DNA from: Histomonas meleagridis 2922-C6/04-290x
Taxonomy: Eukaryota; Protista; Parabasalia
DNA: 64,000 nt
Direction of reading: 5' to 3'
NCBI GenBank assembly: GCA_020184695.1
Contig: JAANOX010000149.1
Coordinates: 186,001 to 250,000, forward strand
Numbering within the stretch: the first letter of the stretch is position 1; every line of letters starts with the position of its first letter. The notes beneath the pieces were generated by a model. The model made no database searches and had not been told where the DNA came from. It worked only from the letters and a program-made list of their open reading frames with translations. This document shows positions 20,934-31,341 of the stretch, in pieces. The translations under genes and the position numbers were made by a program.

Positions 20934-21809
20934 GTTGTTAAAATTCTTCTTGAACAAGATTTAATCAATGTTAACGCTTATGATGATTATATTTTTAGTT
21001 TTGTGTTTATTTAAAAAATTTGATAGTATTTCAATATTTTTTTTACAGCAATATTAATGATGGCTTGTAAGAAAGGTAATATTGAAATCGTTAAATTACT
21101 TTTAGCTAGAAAAGATATTCAAATATTTGACACCAATGATTATTAATATAATGTGATGTTTTGCTTTGATGATTTTATATTTAAAACTTATGTTTGTAAT
21201 TTAAACATAATATAAAAATCAGCACTTACAGCAGCATCTTCAGGAGGTGATATAGAAATAGTCAAATTACTTCTTGAAAAAAAGGGAATTGAAGAATGTT
21301 GGAAAGGTTTTTAATTTAATTGTTTAGAATTTATTTATATAATTTTATGTTTCATATTATTGTATTATATTAAATCAAAATATTTGGAATGGCAATTATT
21401 TCAGCTTCGGGATCAGGTAACATAGAAATAGTTAAATTACTTCTTCAACAAGAAGGAGTTGATATCAACTTTCAGGGTATTTATACATTTGATTTCCTGT
21501 TTATTTTATATTTTTGGAATTCTAAAATAACACATGGAAATTATTTGATTTGTTTAGAACTGCACTTATGTATGCTTGTCAAACAGAACATATTGAAATT
21601 GTAAAATTACTTCTTGAACAAGAAGGAATCGATGTCAATATCAAAGACATTTGATATCTTTATTTAAAATTTATTTTGATAATTAACTATTTCAAAATAA
21701 TATTAGAAATTTATTCGAACTATTTTTTAATGCTCTTCTAATTGCATATGAACTTAATAATCAAGAACTTATTGACATAATTACAAAACATGGAGGAAAA
21801 GTTAAATAA
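20934..21809 (+). other. Ankyrin-repeat array split by AT-rich spacers (six units, terminal cap + stop)
   Basis: Units read VVKILLEQDLINVNAYD / AILMMACKKGNIEIVKLLLARKDIQIFDTND / SALTAASSGGDIEIVKLLLEKKGIEECWKG / MAIISASGSGNIEIVKLLLQQEGVDINFQG / TALMYACQTEHIEIVKLLLEQEGIDVNIKD / NALLIAYELNNQELIDIITKHGGKVK*. Spacers are 63, 78, 80, 80 and 80 nt. Confidence 0.8.
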
Positions 21810-21944
21810 AAAATCATTTTAACAATATTTTAAAAATAATTTTTCAAAATTATATTAATTTTTAAAATAATTATATGATTTTTACAAGTATTCGATAAAA
21901 ATTAAGCTATTAACCAAATGAAAAATAAAAATTTTATCGATACG

Positions 21945-21964
21945 TAAACGGTCATGACCGTTTA
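21945..21964. repeat. Perfect 20-bp palindrome upstream of SMC3 (two inverted M3-like sites)
   Basis: TAAACGGTCATGACCGTTTA is its own reverse complement and lies ~195 bp before the SMC3 ATG. Confidence 0.75.
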
Positions 21965-22158
21965 TTAATTCAAAACAATCTTTTTATTCCTCAGAGCTTC
22001 AAATTTAAACTATTTATTCCCTAAAATATGTGGATACAATTACATCCAATATAGAGATAGTTTAGTAAAAAAAAACATTAATATTTCTGATTCATTTAGT
22101 TTTTTTTAAGCAAAAATGAATAAGCAGACGTTTATAATTTTTGGCGCTTAATATAATT

Positions 22159-25100
22159 ATGTATCTGAAGAGAGTTACGATTTCTGGCTTCAAAGCATTT
22201 GGTGATACTGTAGTATTTGGGGATTTTTCTTGTCAAAAAAACTGTATTTTTGGATTAAATGGTAGTGGAAAATCAACTTTCTTCAATGCAATCGAATTTG
22301 TTCTTCTTGAAGATTTTGCGCATATTCAACCTCACGACAGAGGGACCCTTTTACACACAGGAAGTTTAACAGGATTCGTTGAACTTACATTTGATAATAC
22401 GTCAAGAAGATTCCAAATTGAAAGTGATGAAGTCTCAATTAGAAGGTCTATTGGGCATAAAAAAGATGAGCTTTTTGTTAATAAGAAACATATTACTAGA
22501 CAAGATATGGTAAATTTATTTGAAATTGCTCGAATCTCATTAAAATCAGGTCTCTTTATTATCAAGCAAGGCGCAGTTAAAGCAATATCAGAAATGAAAG
22601 AAGATGCTCGTCTTCAATTATTATATGATGTTACTGGGATCCGTTTTTATGATGAACAACGTGAAGAATCCATCAAAATGATGGGCGAAGCCAGTATTAG
22701 AAAAGAGAAAATCCAACAATCGATCACCGAAATTGAAGAAAGACTTGATCAACTTCAAGAAGAAGCCGAAGAACTTCGGAGTTATAACCAACTTGATCGA
22801 AAACGTAAAGCTTTAGAATACTGTGTCTATGATATAGATCGATCAAATACCGATAAAACCATTTTAAACATCGAAAATCAAATCACACAAGAAAATTCTG
22901 TTATTGATAAACTCAGAGAAGAACTTGAAAACATATCAAACCAAAGAACAGAAATTGAGCAAAATATTAATGAAAAAAAAGAAATTCAAAAACAAATTTT
23001 ATTGGAACAAAATCAACGCGAACACAAAAAAGAGAAATTAATTAAAAGGAAAACGCGCATGCAGTTTAAAATGGAAACTTTAACAAAGAAAAAGCAAGAT
23101 TCAGATCAAAATTTTTCAAAAGTTTCTAATCAATTAGAAAAATTAAATTCAAAAAAACAAAGAAAAGAAAATATATACAATGAATATACACAAGAATGTG
23201 ATAATTTGTTAACAGAAAAAATGAAGCTTGAAGCTTTAATTCCATCAAAGTCAAATGCAATTGATGAAGTACATCAACAAATTCAAAACATTGAAAAAGA
23301 ATTATCAAGATCTCATGTAAGCGAATATGAATATGAATTAGATAATTTAAATCAACAAGTCTCTGATTTAGAAGAACAGCAAAATCAACAAAAAGAACAA
23401 TATCAAATTATCAAAGAAGAATTGAAAAGTTTACAGAACGATAGAATAAATTCAATGAACCGAAAAAAAGAACTTTGGAAATTAGATAATCAAATCAAAA
23501 TTCAACAAAGAGGATATTCAAGCAAAACATTCAAAGCGCAACAAGATTATGAGCATTTAATGAGTTCATCAGTCTCAAAAGCTATGCAATATATTCGAAA
23601 ATATTATCAAGAAAGAAATGAACAACCACCACCACAAGTAATAGATATATTAGAATTTGATGAATCTCTTGATTTATCAATTGATGCAGTTGCTAAAGGA
23701 AAACTTTTTTATCTTATAGTTGAAGATGATATCGAAGCAAGTGATATATTAGAACATTTAATTAGATATTCTGATGGACGAATTAGTATTATCGCATTAA
23801 ACAAATTAAGATCAAATCGTAAAGAAATAGAAAGGACAGAACAATATTGTTCTTTATGTGAAGAAATTAGATGTGAAGAGAAGTATATTCCAGTTATTGA
23901 TTATTTATTTGGATCTTATGCACTTTGTTCTACAATTAATGTTGCATCAGATATATCAACAACAAATAATATTAATTGTGTTACACTTGTAGGCGATTTA
24001 ATATATTCAAGTGGACCTTTAATAGGTGGTTATATACCTTTAAATCGATCTATTTGTAAATCAAAAAGAAAAATCGAACATTATAAATTAGAATTAAATG
24101 AATTAGATGAAACATTAAGAAAAACTAATGAAGAAATCGAAGAAATAGAAAATAATCAATCAGAAATAAATAAAATAATTACGCAAAAAAGTTCCGATCA
24201 ATTTAAGATTGAAAGTAAAATAAAATCAATACAAAATGAAATTAATAATATTCAAAACAAAATTTCTAAATTAAATAATCAGTTACAAAATGAAAACGAA
24301 ATGTTAAATTCAAAAGAGAAAATGCTTTTTTCATTACGTCAAAAAGAAAATTTAATTCTTGAAAAAGAAAATGAAAACAATTTAAGCGAAGATGAAATTA
24401 AAGAAATTCGAGAAAGAATTTCAAACATATCAATTGAATATACAATGAAAATGCTTCAAACACAACAAATTAAATGTGAAATTAATGATAATATTATTCC
24501 ACAAATCAAGAAACTTACGAAAGATAAAGAAGAACTTGATTCATTTAAATTAAAAAATCAAATTGAAGAAACAATTCAAGAACTTCAATCAATAGAAAAC
24601 GAAGATGAAATTAATACACAACAATCAAATGAATCAGAAGAAACATTAAATCTTCTTCAACAAGAACTACAAAATCTTGAAAAAGATTTTGAGCATATTA
24701 AAAAATTAGAAAATTCAACACGTAAAAAGATATCAACAGAACAAAAAATTATTCAAGATTTTAATAAACAATTATCACTTAATCAAGAGAAAAAAGATAA
24801 TATCATACAAAAAATATCTTCAATATTACCATATCCTGAAGAAGAAGCTAATGAATATAAAAATAAATCATATACACAACTAATGGAAGAAATGGATAAC
24901 ATTAACACAGAATTACAAAGTTATCGACATGTTAATAAAAAGGCTTATGATCAATTTCATCAATTTAACAATAAACGTAAAGAATTACATGATCGACAAA
25001 AAGAAATTATCGATGGTGAAGAATCAATTACTTCATTAATCGCTAAACTTGATCAACAAAAAGAAAATGCTATTCTTGAATCGATTAATAAAGTATCAGA

Positions 25101-25578
25101 AAACTTCTCTAAGATTTATCAAATTCTTGAAGGCAAAAATGCAAATATTATATTAAAGAAACAAAAACTTGATGACAATTTTTATAATGATGAAGAAGAA
25201 TCGACAACTATTGTTGGTATTGGAATTGAAGTCGACGGAAAAAATTTGGAAGAAATGAGCGGAGGAGAAAGAACAATTGTTGCAATTTCTTTGTTATTTG
25301 CAATACAACAAATGGATCCGAGTCCGTTTTATTTCTTCGATGAAATTGATTCCGATTTAGATGAAGAACATCGAATTAAATTGGCAAACTTCATTGATAA
25401 TATGTCAAACATCGAATTAAATAAAGAAAATGCTGTGCAGTTCGTTTATGCAACTCATAGAAGAGATTTGATGTTGATAAGTGATAAGTTCTTCGCAGTA
25501 ATTCCTGAACATTCACAGAGTAAAGTTAAAATGGTCACAAAAGATGAAGCTGAAGATTATATAACAAAGAATACATAA
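22159..25578 (+). CDS. SMC3: Cohesin subunit SMC3
   Basis: MYLKRVTISGFKAF, Walker A GLNGSGKS, coiled coils and hinge, MSGGERTIVAISLLFAIQQMDPSPFYFFDEIDSDLD (SMC3-type). Confidence 0.92.
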   Translation: MYLKRVTISGFKAFGDTVVFGDFSCQKNCIFGLNGSGKSTFFNAIEFVLLEDFAHIQPHDRGTLLHTGSLTGFVELTFDNTSRRFQIESDEVSIRRSIGHKKDELFVNKKHITRQDMVNLFEIARISLKSGLFIIKQGAVKAISEMKEDARLQLLYDVTGIRFYDEQREESIKMMGEASIRKEKIQQSITEIEERLDQLQEEAEELRSYNQLDRKRKALEYCVYDIDRSNTDKTILNIENQITQENSVIDKLREELENISNQRTEIEQNINEKKEIQKQILLEQNQREHKKEKLIKRKTRMQFKMETLTKKKQDSDQNFSKVSNQLEKLNSKKQRKENIYNEYTQECDNLLTEKMKLEALIPSKSNAIDEVHQQIQNIEKELSRSHVSEYEYELDNLNQQVSDLEEQQNQQKEQYQIIKEELKSLQNDRINSMNRKKELWKLDNQIKIQQRGYSSKTFKAQQDYEHLMSSSVSKAMQYIRKYYQERNEQPPPQVIDILEFDESLDLSIDAVAKGKLFYLIVEDDIEASDILEHLIRYSDGRISIIALNKLRSNRKEIERTEQYCSLCEEIRCEEKYIPVIDYLFGSYALCSTINVASDISTTNNINCVTLVGDLIYSSGPLIGGYIPLNRSICKSKRKIEHYKLELNELDETLRKTNEEIEEIENNQSEINKIITQKSSDQFKIESKIKSIQNEINNIQNKISKLNNQLQNENEMLNSKEKMLFSLRQKENLILEKENENNLSEDEIKEIRERISNISIEYTMKMLQTQQIKCEINDNIIPQIKKLTKDKEELDSFKLKNQIEETIQELQSIENEDEINTQQSNESEETLNLLQQELQNLEKDFEHIKKLENSTRKKISTEQKIIQDFNKQLSLNQEKKDNIIQKISSILPYPEEEANEYKNKSYTQLMEEMDNINTELQSYRHVNKKAYDQFHQFNNKRKELHDRQKEIIDGEESITSLIAKLDQQKENAILESINKVSENFSKIYQILEGKNANIILKKQKLDDNFYNDEEESTTIVGIGIEVDGKNLEEMSGGERTIVAISLLFAIQQMDPSPFYFFDEIDSDLDEEHRIKLANFIDNMSNIELNKENAVQFVYATHRRDLMLISDKFFAVIPEHSQSKVKMVTKDEAEDYITKNT

Positions 25579-25781
25579 TTGTTGATCTTGTTTTGTTGTT
25601 TAATAAAATGTTTGAAATAATTTTATTTTCAATTGTGTAAAAAGGGCAAATTCGACATAAAATCTTTAATTTTAATACAGCATTTTCGAGACGGTTACGA
25701 AAAAAATCAAAACAGTCGCAAAAAAATTCTAAATGGTCGCAAAAAACTCAAAAATTTTATAATATGTCGTTAATTTATGTC

Positions 25782-25955
25782 TAGGGTTGGAAGCAACTGG
25801 GCCAATGGCCCAAAAGTGACAACAAATCTTGGCACTGTGGCCTAGGTACCTTGGCCCAGGTCATTAATGAGGGACCACGGTCCAATGGCCCAGGCCCCTG
25901 ATGGGGTACCTTGGCCAAGATGATCAAAAGTGACAAAGGGACCTGGGCCAAGGTT
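25782..25955. repeat. GC-rich patch of short direct repeats, probable transposon end/subterminal region
   Basis: Starts TAGGGTTGG. Two copies each of CCAATGGCCCA, CAAAAGTGACAA and GGTACCTTGGCC in AT-rich surroundings. No matching opposite end found. Confidence 0.55.
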
Positions 25956-26281
25956 TCTTATTCAATTGACAAACAAAAACCCAAGGTTTACAATTTGCAT
26001 AAAGCTAAATTGAAATATGTTTCAAAATTTTGAATAACCAATTAATAAAAATCTCGAGTTTTGTGATGTTACTTTTTGAATAATCTTACAAAAATTGGTT
26101 TCTTTTTATATTTCAAAACCGTATTCAACCAAATATTTGAAAAAGTTGGATCATAAAATATTTTGAAAATGTTATATTCAAAAAGTGTTCAGAATAAAAA
26201 TGTTATATAAAAAATTGAATGTGAATGTGAATTGAAAATAATTTTTTTGAAAGGCAAGTAAAAACGCTTCGCATTAATTCA

Positions 26282-26533
26282 ATGTGCACAATATCAATTT
26301 ACTTTACCACGATGAATAGTACAATGATCGTGGGAGAATTACAATTACCAGATGAAAGAGGTATTGATCACGCAGTAGTATTTGAAAAAAATAACGAAAT
26401 ATATAAACTTTACAAAGACAATGTTCGGATAATTTCATTTTGCGAAATCTGTACGAAATATCTGTGTACAGACTATAGCACTATATTTGATCATTGTCTC
26501 AGAAAACACAAAAAATTAGATAATGTAATTTAG
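26282..26533 (+). CDS. Small ORF with C2H2-like motif (possible transposon-associated fragment)
   Basis: CEIC...HCLRKH spacing; lies inside the TE cluster. Confidence 0.3.
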   Translation: MCTISIYFTTMNSTMIVGELQLPDERGIDHAVVFEKNNEIYKLYKDNVRIISFCEICTKYLCTDYSTIFDHCLRKHKKLDNVI

Positions 26534-26783
26534 CAACACAAAAACAGATTATAAAATTTATTTTATTTAACAACCAATATTTAAGTCTGGTTGACAATCT
26601 AGATCTTACAAATTTATTTGCTTTTGATGTAATTTACAGAAAATCGATTTACAATAATTTGGAAATCTCTACAACAAAAGTAAAGCAATCAATCAAGGGT
26701 TCATACTGCGCTCGCATAAAACAAGTTTTAGTATAAAATATTCGAAAAATTTATAGTTTTTAACGTTAACTTCACTATTCAAA

Positions 26784-27563
26784 ATGATAGAGGGTTTTCC
26801 ATCTCTTGATGAGATTCAAGCAATAACTCAAAATGAAGAAATCGCCCTTCAATACCTGTCCCTAATTGGTGTCATAGATCTCAACAAGCCATGTCCAAAG
26901 TGTGGATCATTTGGTTTTCCAAATTATCTAATTAAAAGGTGCACACAAAAAGGATGCAATACAAGATATAGCGTTAAAAAAGGTACTTTCGTATTTTCGA
27001 AAATTGTCACTTAGAAGTAAAATAAATACTGAAGATAGCATATTTTTGGTTACTCAAAACAAGTACTCAAAATATGGTTCAAATGTTGCACCATTCAGAA
27101 CACACAATCACTGAACTGGTGATGCGCTTGGATGAGCTTGTTAAACAAATGATCGTTAATCAACACCCAAAAAATAGGAGGTGAAGGAGTTATTGTGGAA
27201 ATCGATGAATCAAAATTTGGAAAAAGAAAGTACTTCAAAGGTCATCACGTGGAAGGTGTTTGGGTAGTAGAAACTGTTGAAAGAACAGCTGAAAAAAGAA
27301 TCTTTGCAACAACAGTGACGAGCAGAGACAAGGATACAATCAAAAGCATTATACATGAGTTTATTATTGAGCCAGGATCTATCATCTATAGCGATTGCTG
27401 GAAAGCATATCCGATTGCTATGCAGGAACTTAACGTGTATCATAACATGAACCTGAGCCATCAAACAGTGAATCACTCCGTTGAGTTCAAGAGCAAAGAT
27501 GGCGTGTGCACGAACACTATCGAGGGGAACTGGAACGGAATGACCAGCAGGCACATGATATAG
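26784..27563 (+). mobile_element. Merlin/IS1595 (ISXO2-like) DDE transposase, frameshifted pseudogene
   Basis: N-terminal CPKCG...RC..KGC zinc ribbon; IGGEGVIVEIDESKFGKRKY.KG, IYSDCWKAY and VNHSVEF...TNTIEGNW. At least two frameshifts and an internal stop. Confidence 0.88.
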
Positions 27564-28539
27564 AATTTTTTTACAATATCCACTGTTTGTGTGCTCACAG
27601 TAATTTTCTCGGTTGTGCAAAAGATTTCAATCAAGAAAATTTTCACGGAATATCAGTATTTAACAATATATTTTGATGAATGATTCAAATTTCAACATAA
27701 TTTTCTAGCCATTACAGCTTCATCATGTGATGCAATGTTTTTATTGAATTTGATCGTTCCCAATGTCATTCAAAGGACAAAAGATGTTATATCTCATTAT
27801 GTTACGGACACAATAAACTATTACAATATATAAAAAAAATTTCATTTCAATGTAGTTATTGCGGAAGCAATGTTATAGGGACATGTAAAGGTATCAATAT
27901 TTTTCCTTGTTGTAACCATATTTTGAATGTATGTATAGACGATAGGAACTCTTCATCAGATTTATTCTCTGAAGCCATTGAAGTCGTGAAATTATTGAAA
28001 ATTATCAGAAATATTGAGCGAAAAATAAGAAAAGTTTTATTAATAAAATGTTCCATTTCTATCGATAAGTGACTTGCGTATTATTGATGCATTCAGTGAA
28101 TTCTTCATTGGAGTTAAGAGTATGATGTTGAATCTTGAAAGAGATGACCCAGAAACAATTTTTTGGGCAATATCCAACATAGCTACAATTTATTTTGATA
28201 ATTGTGATATCTTAATTGAACATGGATAGTACTGGTTAACCAAATTGAATACCGAGAACGTTTATTGTTTGTGTTGCTTTATCTCAATGAATAGCTAAAA
28301 TAATTGAATACGAGCTATTAATATAACATTCCTTAAAATAGCTTTATTCATACTGAAATTTATATCCGGTATTCTGATAATTTGAATAAGATTTGAATAT
28401 TCGAAATTAAGCAAATTGAATGATTTATGTAATCTCTTATATTATGTATATATTTTGTATTATAGTGCAATGTTTGAATATCATTCTAATGCGAAATAAT
28501 AATAAAATAAATCTGCAAAAACAATAACAAGTAGCATTC

Positions 28540-29590
28540 AATGCTGGTGCTGGCTTATCAACATGGGAAAATGCAAATATATCAAATGTTTCAAAATCAT
28601 CAGTATCAAGAATTTTACGAATAATGAAAAATGGGGATTAACTCAATTTTAATATGATACATTATCTCAATTCAGATATCAACTTGTTCTCATGATGAAT
28701 ATCATTAAAAGCCCTCATATTACAAATATACACATATGATTTTTAAATGTCTGAATCTACTGTTAGTAGAATTGCCAATTCTCTTGGTTTCAGGACAAAA
28801 TATCAGCAATCAAAAGAAAAACTATCAGACAAGCAAAAACAATATTGAATCAGTTTCGCTCGAGAGATCCCTCTGACTTTCTACTACTTATTACCTTGAG
28901 TTTTTTTCGATGAATCGATTATTTCAGATAGAACCCTCTAGAAAAAAAGTTCGTGTTCATCCTTTACTCGATTTTGATGAGCAGTTTTATGATAAATAGG
29001 GGTACCCCATTAAAATTATGGTTTGAGCCTGTATCGGCAAGAATTTTGAGAAAAAATTAGTGAAAATTGATGGAAATTTAAATGCTGAAAAGTATCAAAA
29101 ATCGCTGGCAGAAAACCAAATCTTTGAAAAACTCAATGACAGATTTGGTCCAAAAGGTTACATATTCCAGCAGGACGGGGCCAGCCCGCACAAAGCAAAG
29201 ACTACAAAACTCTTTTTATATGGAAGGGCTACCTTACTTGCAGATGACTCAAAATGGCCATCATCTTCACCAGATCTCAATCACATTGAGATCTGTTGAG
29301 CGATCTCTAAATCCAGGCTACAAACCCAAAAAATTAACAATGCAGAAGGCCTCTATCTTGCTGCATCTGAAGTTTGGGACAATATTGCAATTAGTACTAT
29401 TAATTTGCTGATTAATTCTTTCGATGCGAGATTCAAATCTTGTATAATTATGAAAGGCGAAAGCCTCAACGGAAAAAAAAACCTTATTTCATTATACAAG
29501 AAATCCATCGAAGATGGAAACAATTACATTTTACAAAAAATTGAAGATAAGATAGGAATTGAACGATTTGTAGAAGAATCCATTTAATAT
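28540..29590 (+). mobile_element. Tc1/IS630-type transposase pseudogene (DD37E spacing as read)
   Basis: HTH remnants VSKSSVSRIL and VSESTVSRIANSLGF; VFFDES; KIMV*ACIG; IDGNLNAEKYQ; FQQDGASPH...WPSSSPDLNHIE. Many stops. Confidence 0.85.
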
Positions 29591-30773
29591 TTTTATCTAT
29601 TAGTGAAAACCAATTCAAATGAAGTACATATTAAATTGTACCTCAAAAACTGTTAAAAATGGCACAGATGCCAAAACCATTTCATATTTAACAATAAAAC
29701 TTAAGTTTCGACCATCGAACAAGCTAATGATTTGAAACAAAAATTCTCATCTGAACCGTTGAATAACATTCAATTCTTATGCAGGAAGGTTGAAACACTT
29801 TTGAATGCTTTTGAGTTAAATTAGAAAAAGTTTGTCCTGAGGGTTATGAACTGAGCTTTACTATATCATAGCTTTTTGCCAATAACCGTTTATTTTGAGT
29901 ATATTTATCACGAACGAAATAAAACTTGCAAATCTTGAAATACAGCGTCTAAAAAACAAAATTCTGAAATTAAAAAAGCAAAACAATGCATTGTCATTGA
30001 ATATACAATATTTGAAACAAAAATTGCATTATATGATGAAAATATTTAACCCGAAATTTTAGATATCAATTCCAAATAACCTTTATCATTTTCCCCATTT
30101 CATTTAGCAATTGCAATTGGGAATCAAACAATTTTAATCGAAGTTCAATTTATCATAATCAGTACATCGAATATATTAAAACGATGAAAAAAAATATTGT
30201 TGACAATTTTTTTTAATTTCTCCATGAAAAATTTGATTTTAATATGGCGAAAGTAATAAAATATTCAGCTATTATGAATCAACTTATGCAGAGCATTTGC
30301 GAAACTATGAAAACGACTACTATATTCAATGAAAAATCCGAAATAAAATATGTGATATTTTAAAAGCCTAATGAAGAAATATATGAATAAAAAAAAAATT
30401 AATTACAATAATGTTTTTAAATTCGTGTATACTTTATTTCATCAATAATAATATTGTTATATTGGGGAAACTTTTTTTTGAATTTCATTTTAATCGATGA
30501 ATATATTATCGACATAATATGATATTAATTTGTTCAAAACGAGTAAAAATATTTTTCGCGATACTTGAGTTCTCCCAGTTCTACATGGGTTCGAAATAGC
30601 AGCAGAAATATTCAAAAAAGGACTTATTTTGATAAAATCTTAAAATACCAAAAACATAATTGTCTGTATAATTTATTGATTGGTGTTTTATTGAATTAAG
30701 TTCTTAATTTTCAGCAAATTTTATTTCCTGAGGAAGATTTACTAAATCATTTTAAAAATCTTAATTTAAATTT

Positions 30774-31200
30774 ATGAACTATTTATTCGTAAAATATCCT
30801 GAAGCATTCAGTAAGGTAAATAATAGTAATAACCAATTCGTGAGAAGGGGTCAAATTATCGATACCAGATATCAAAATGTAACTGATAAAATGATCGCAT
30901 CAAACAATGAGAATGTAGTGGATATTGTTCAGTGGTGGGAATCACAAAAAGATTAAATGCCTGTCTTATACGCTCTAGCAAAAAAAATTATATCTTTCAG
31001 ACCTACATCAGCAAGTGTTGAGATAATATTTTGTCAAAAAAAATATGTAGGAATGAATTTTATAATAAAAATTTGAATTTTAATTTATTCATCAATTTTT
31101 TTTAATTTTTAAGAATCGTTTTCTCAATATGGTACAAGATATGATTAATTCAATTATACCGAAATAATCCCTATTTGTGCAGATTAAAATGATATTATTC
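30774..31200 (+). mobile_element. hAT transposase C-terminal dimerisation-domain remnant
   Basis: IVQWWESQKD*MPVLYALAKKIISFRPTSASVE...SFS matches the hAT WW..P.L..LA..S.S.ER.FS pattern. Confidence 0.65.
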
Positions 31201-31341
31201 ATTCTCTATTTTGCTAGAAATTATCAAAAATTGAGCATATAAAAAAAAGATTTTTTTACTTATCTGATGGAATTTTATATTGTTTTTGGGATACATATTC
31301 TACACAATTTACTCTTTAATTTTTGGTGATTAGTTTTCTTC

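Noticed and set aside
21303-21560. Canonical GT-AG splicing of the 21-kb ankyrin spacers (AAAG|GT, CAGG|GT, TTTAG|)
   Set aside because: The available GT/AG pairs give out-of-frame joins, and the 21649-21728 junction has neither signal near its ends; not a general explanation.
20934-21809. Regular repeat/spacer periodicity resembling a CRISPR array
   Set aside because: The ~90-nt units encode ankyrin repeats, the spacers are homologous to each other, no cas genes are present and the context is eukaryotic.
27620-28450. Coding-like remnant on the minus strand inside the TE cluster
   Set aside because: Many stops and no motif I can assign; possibly another transposase relic but unsupported.
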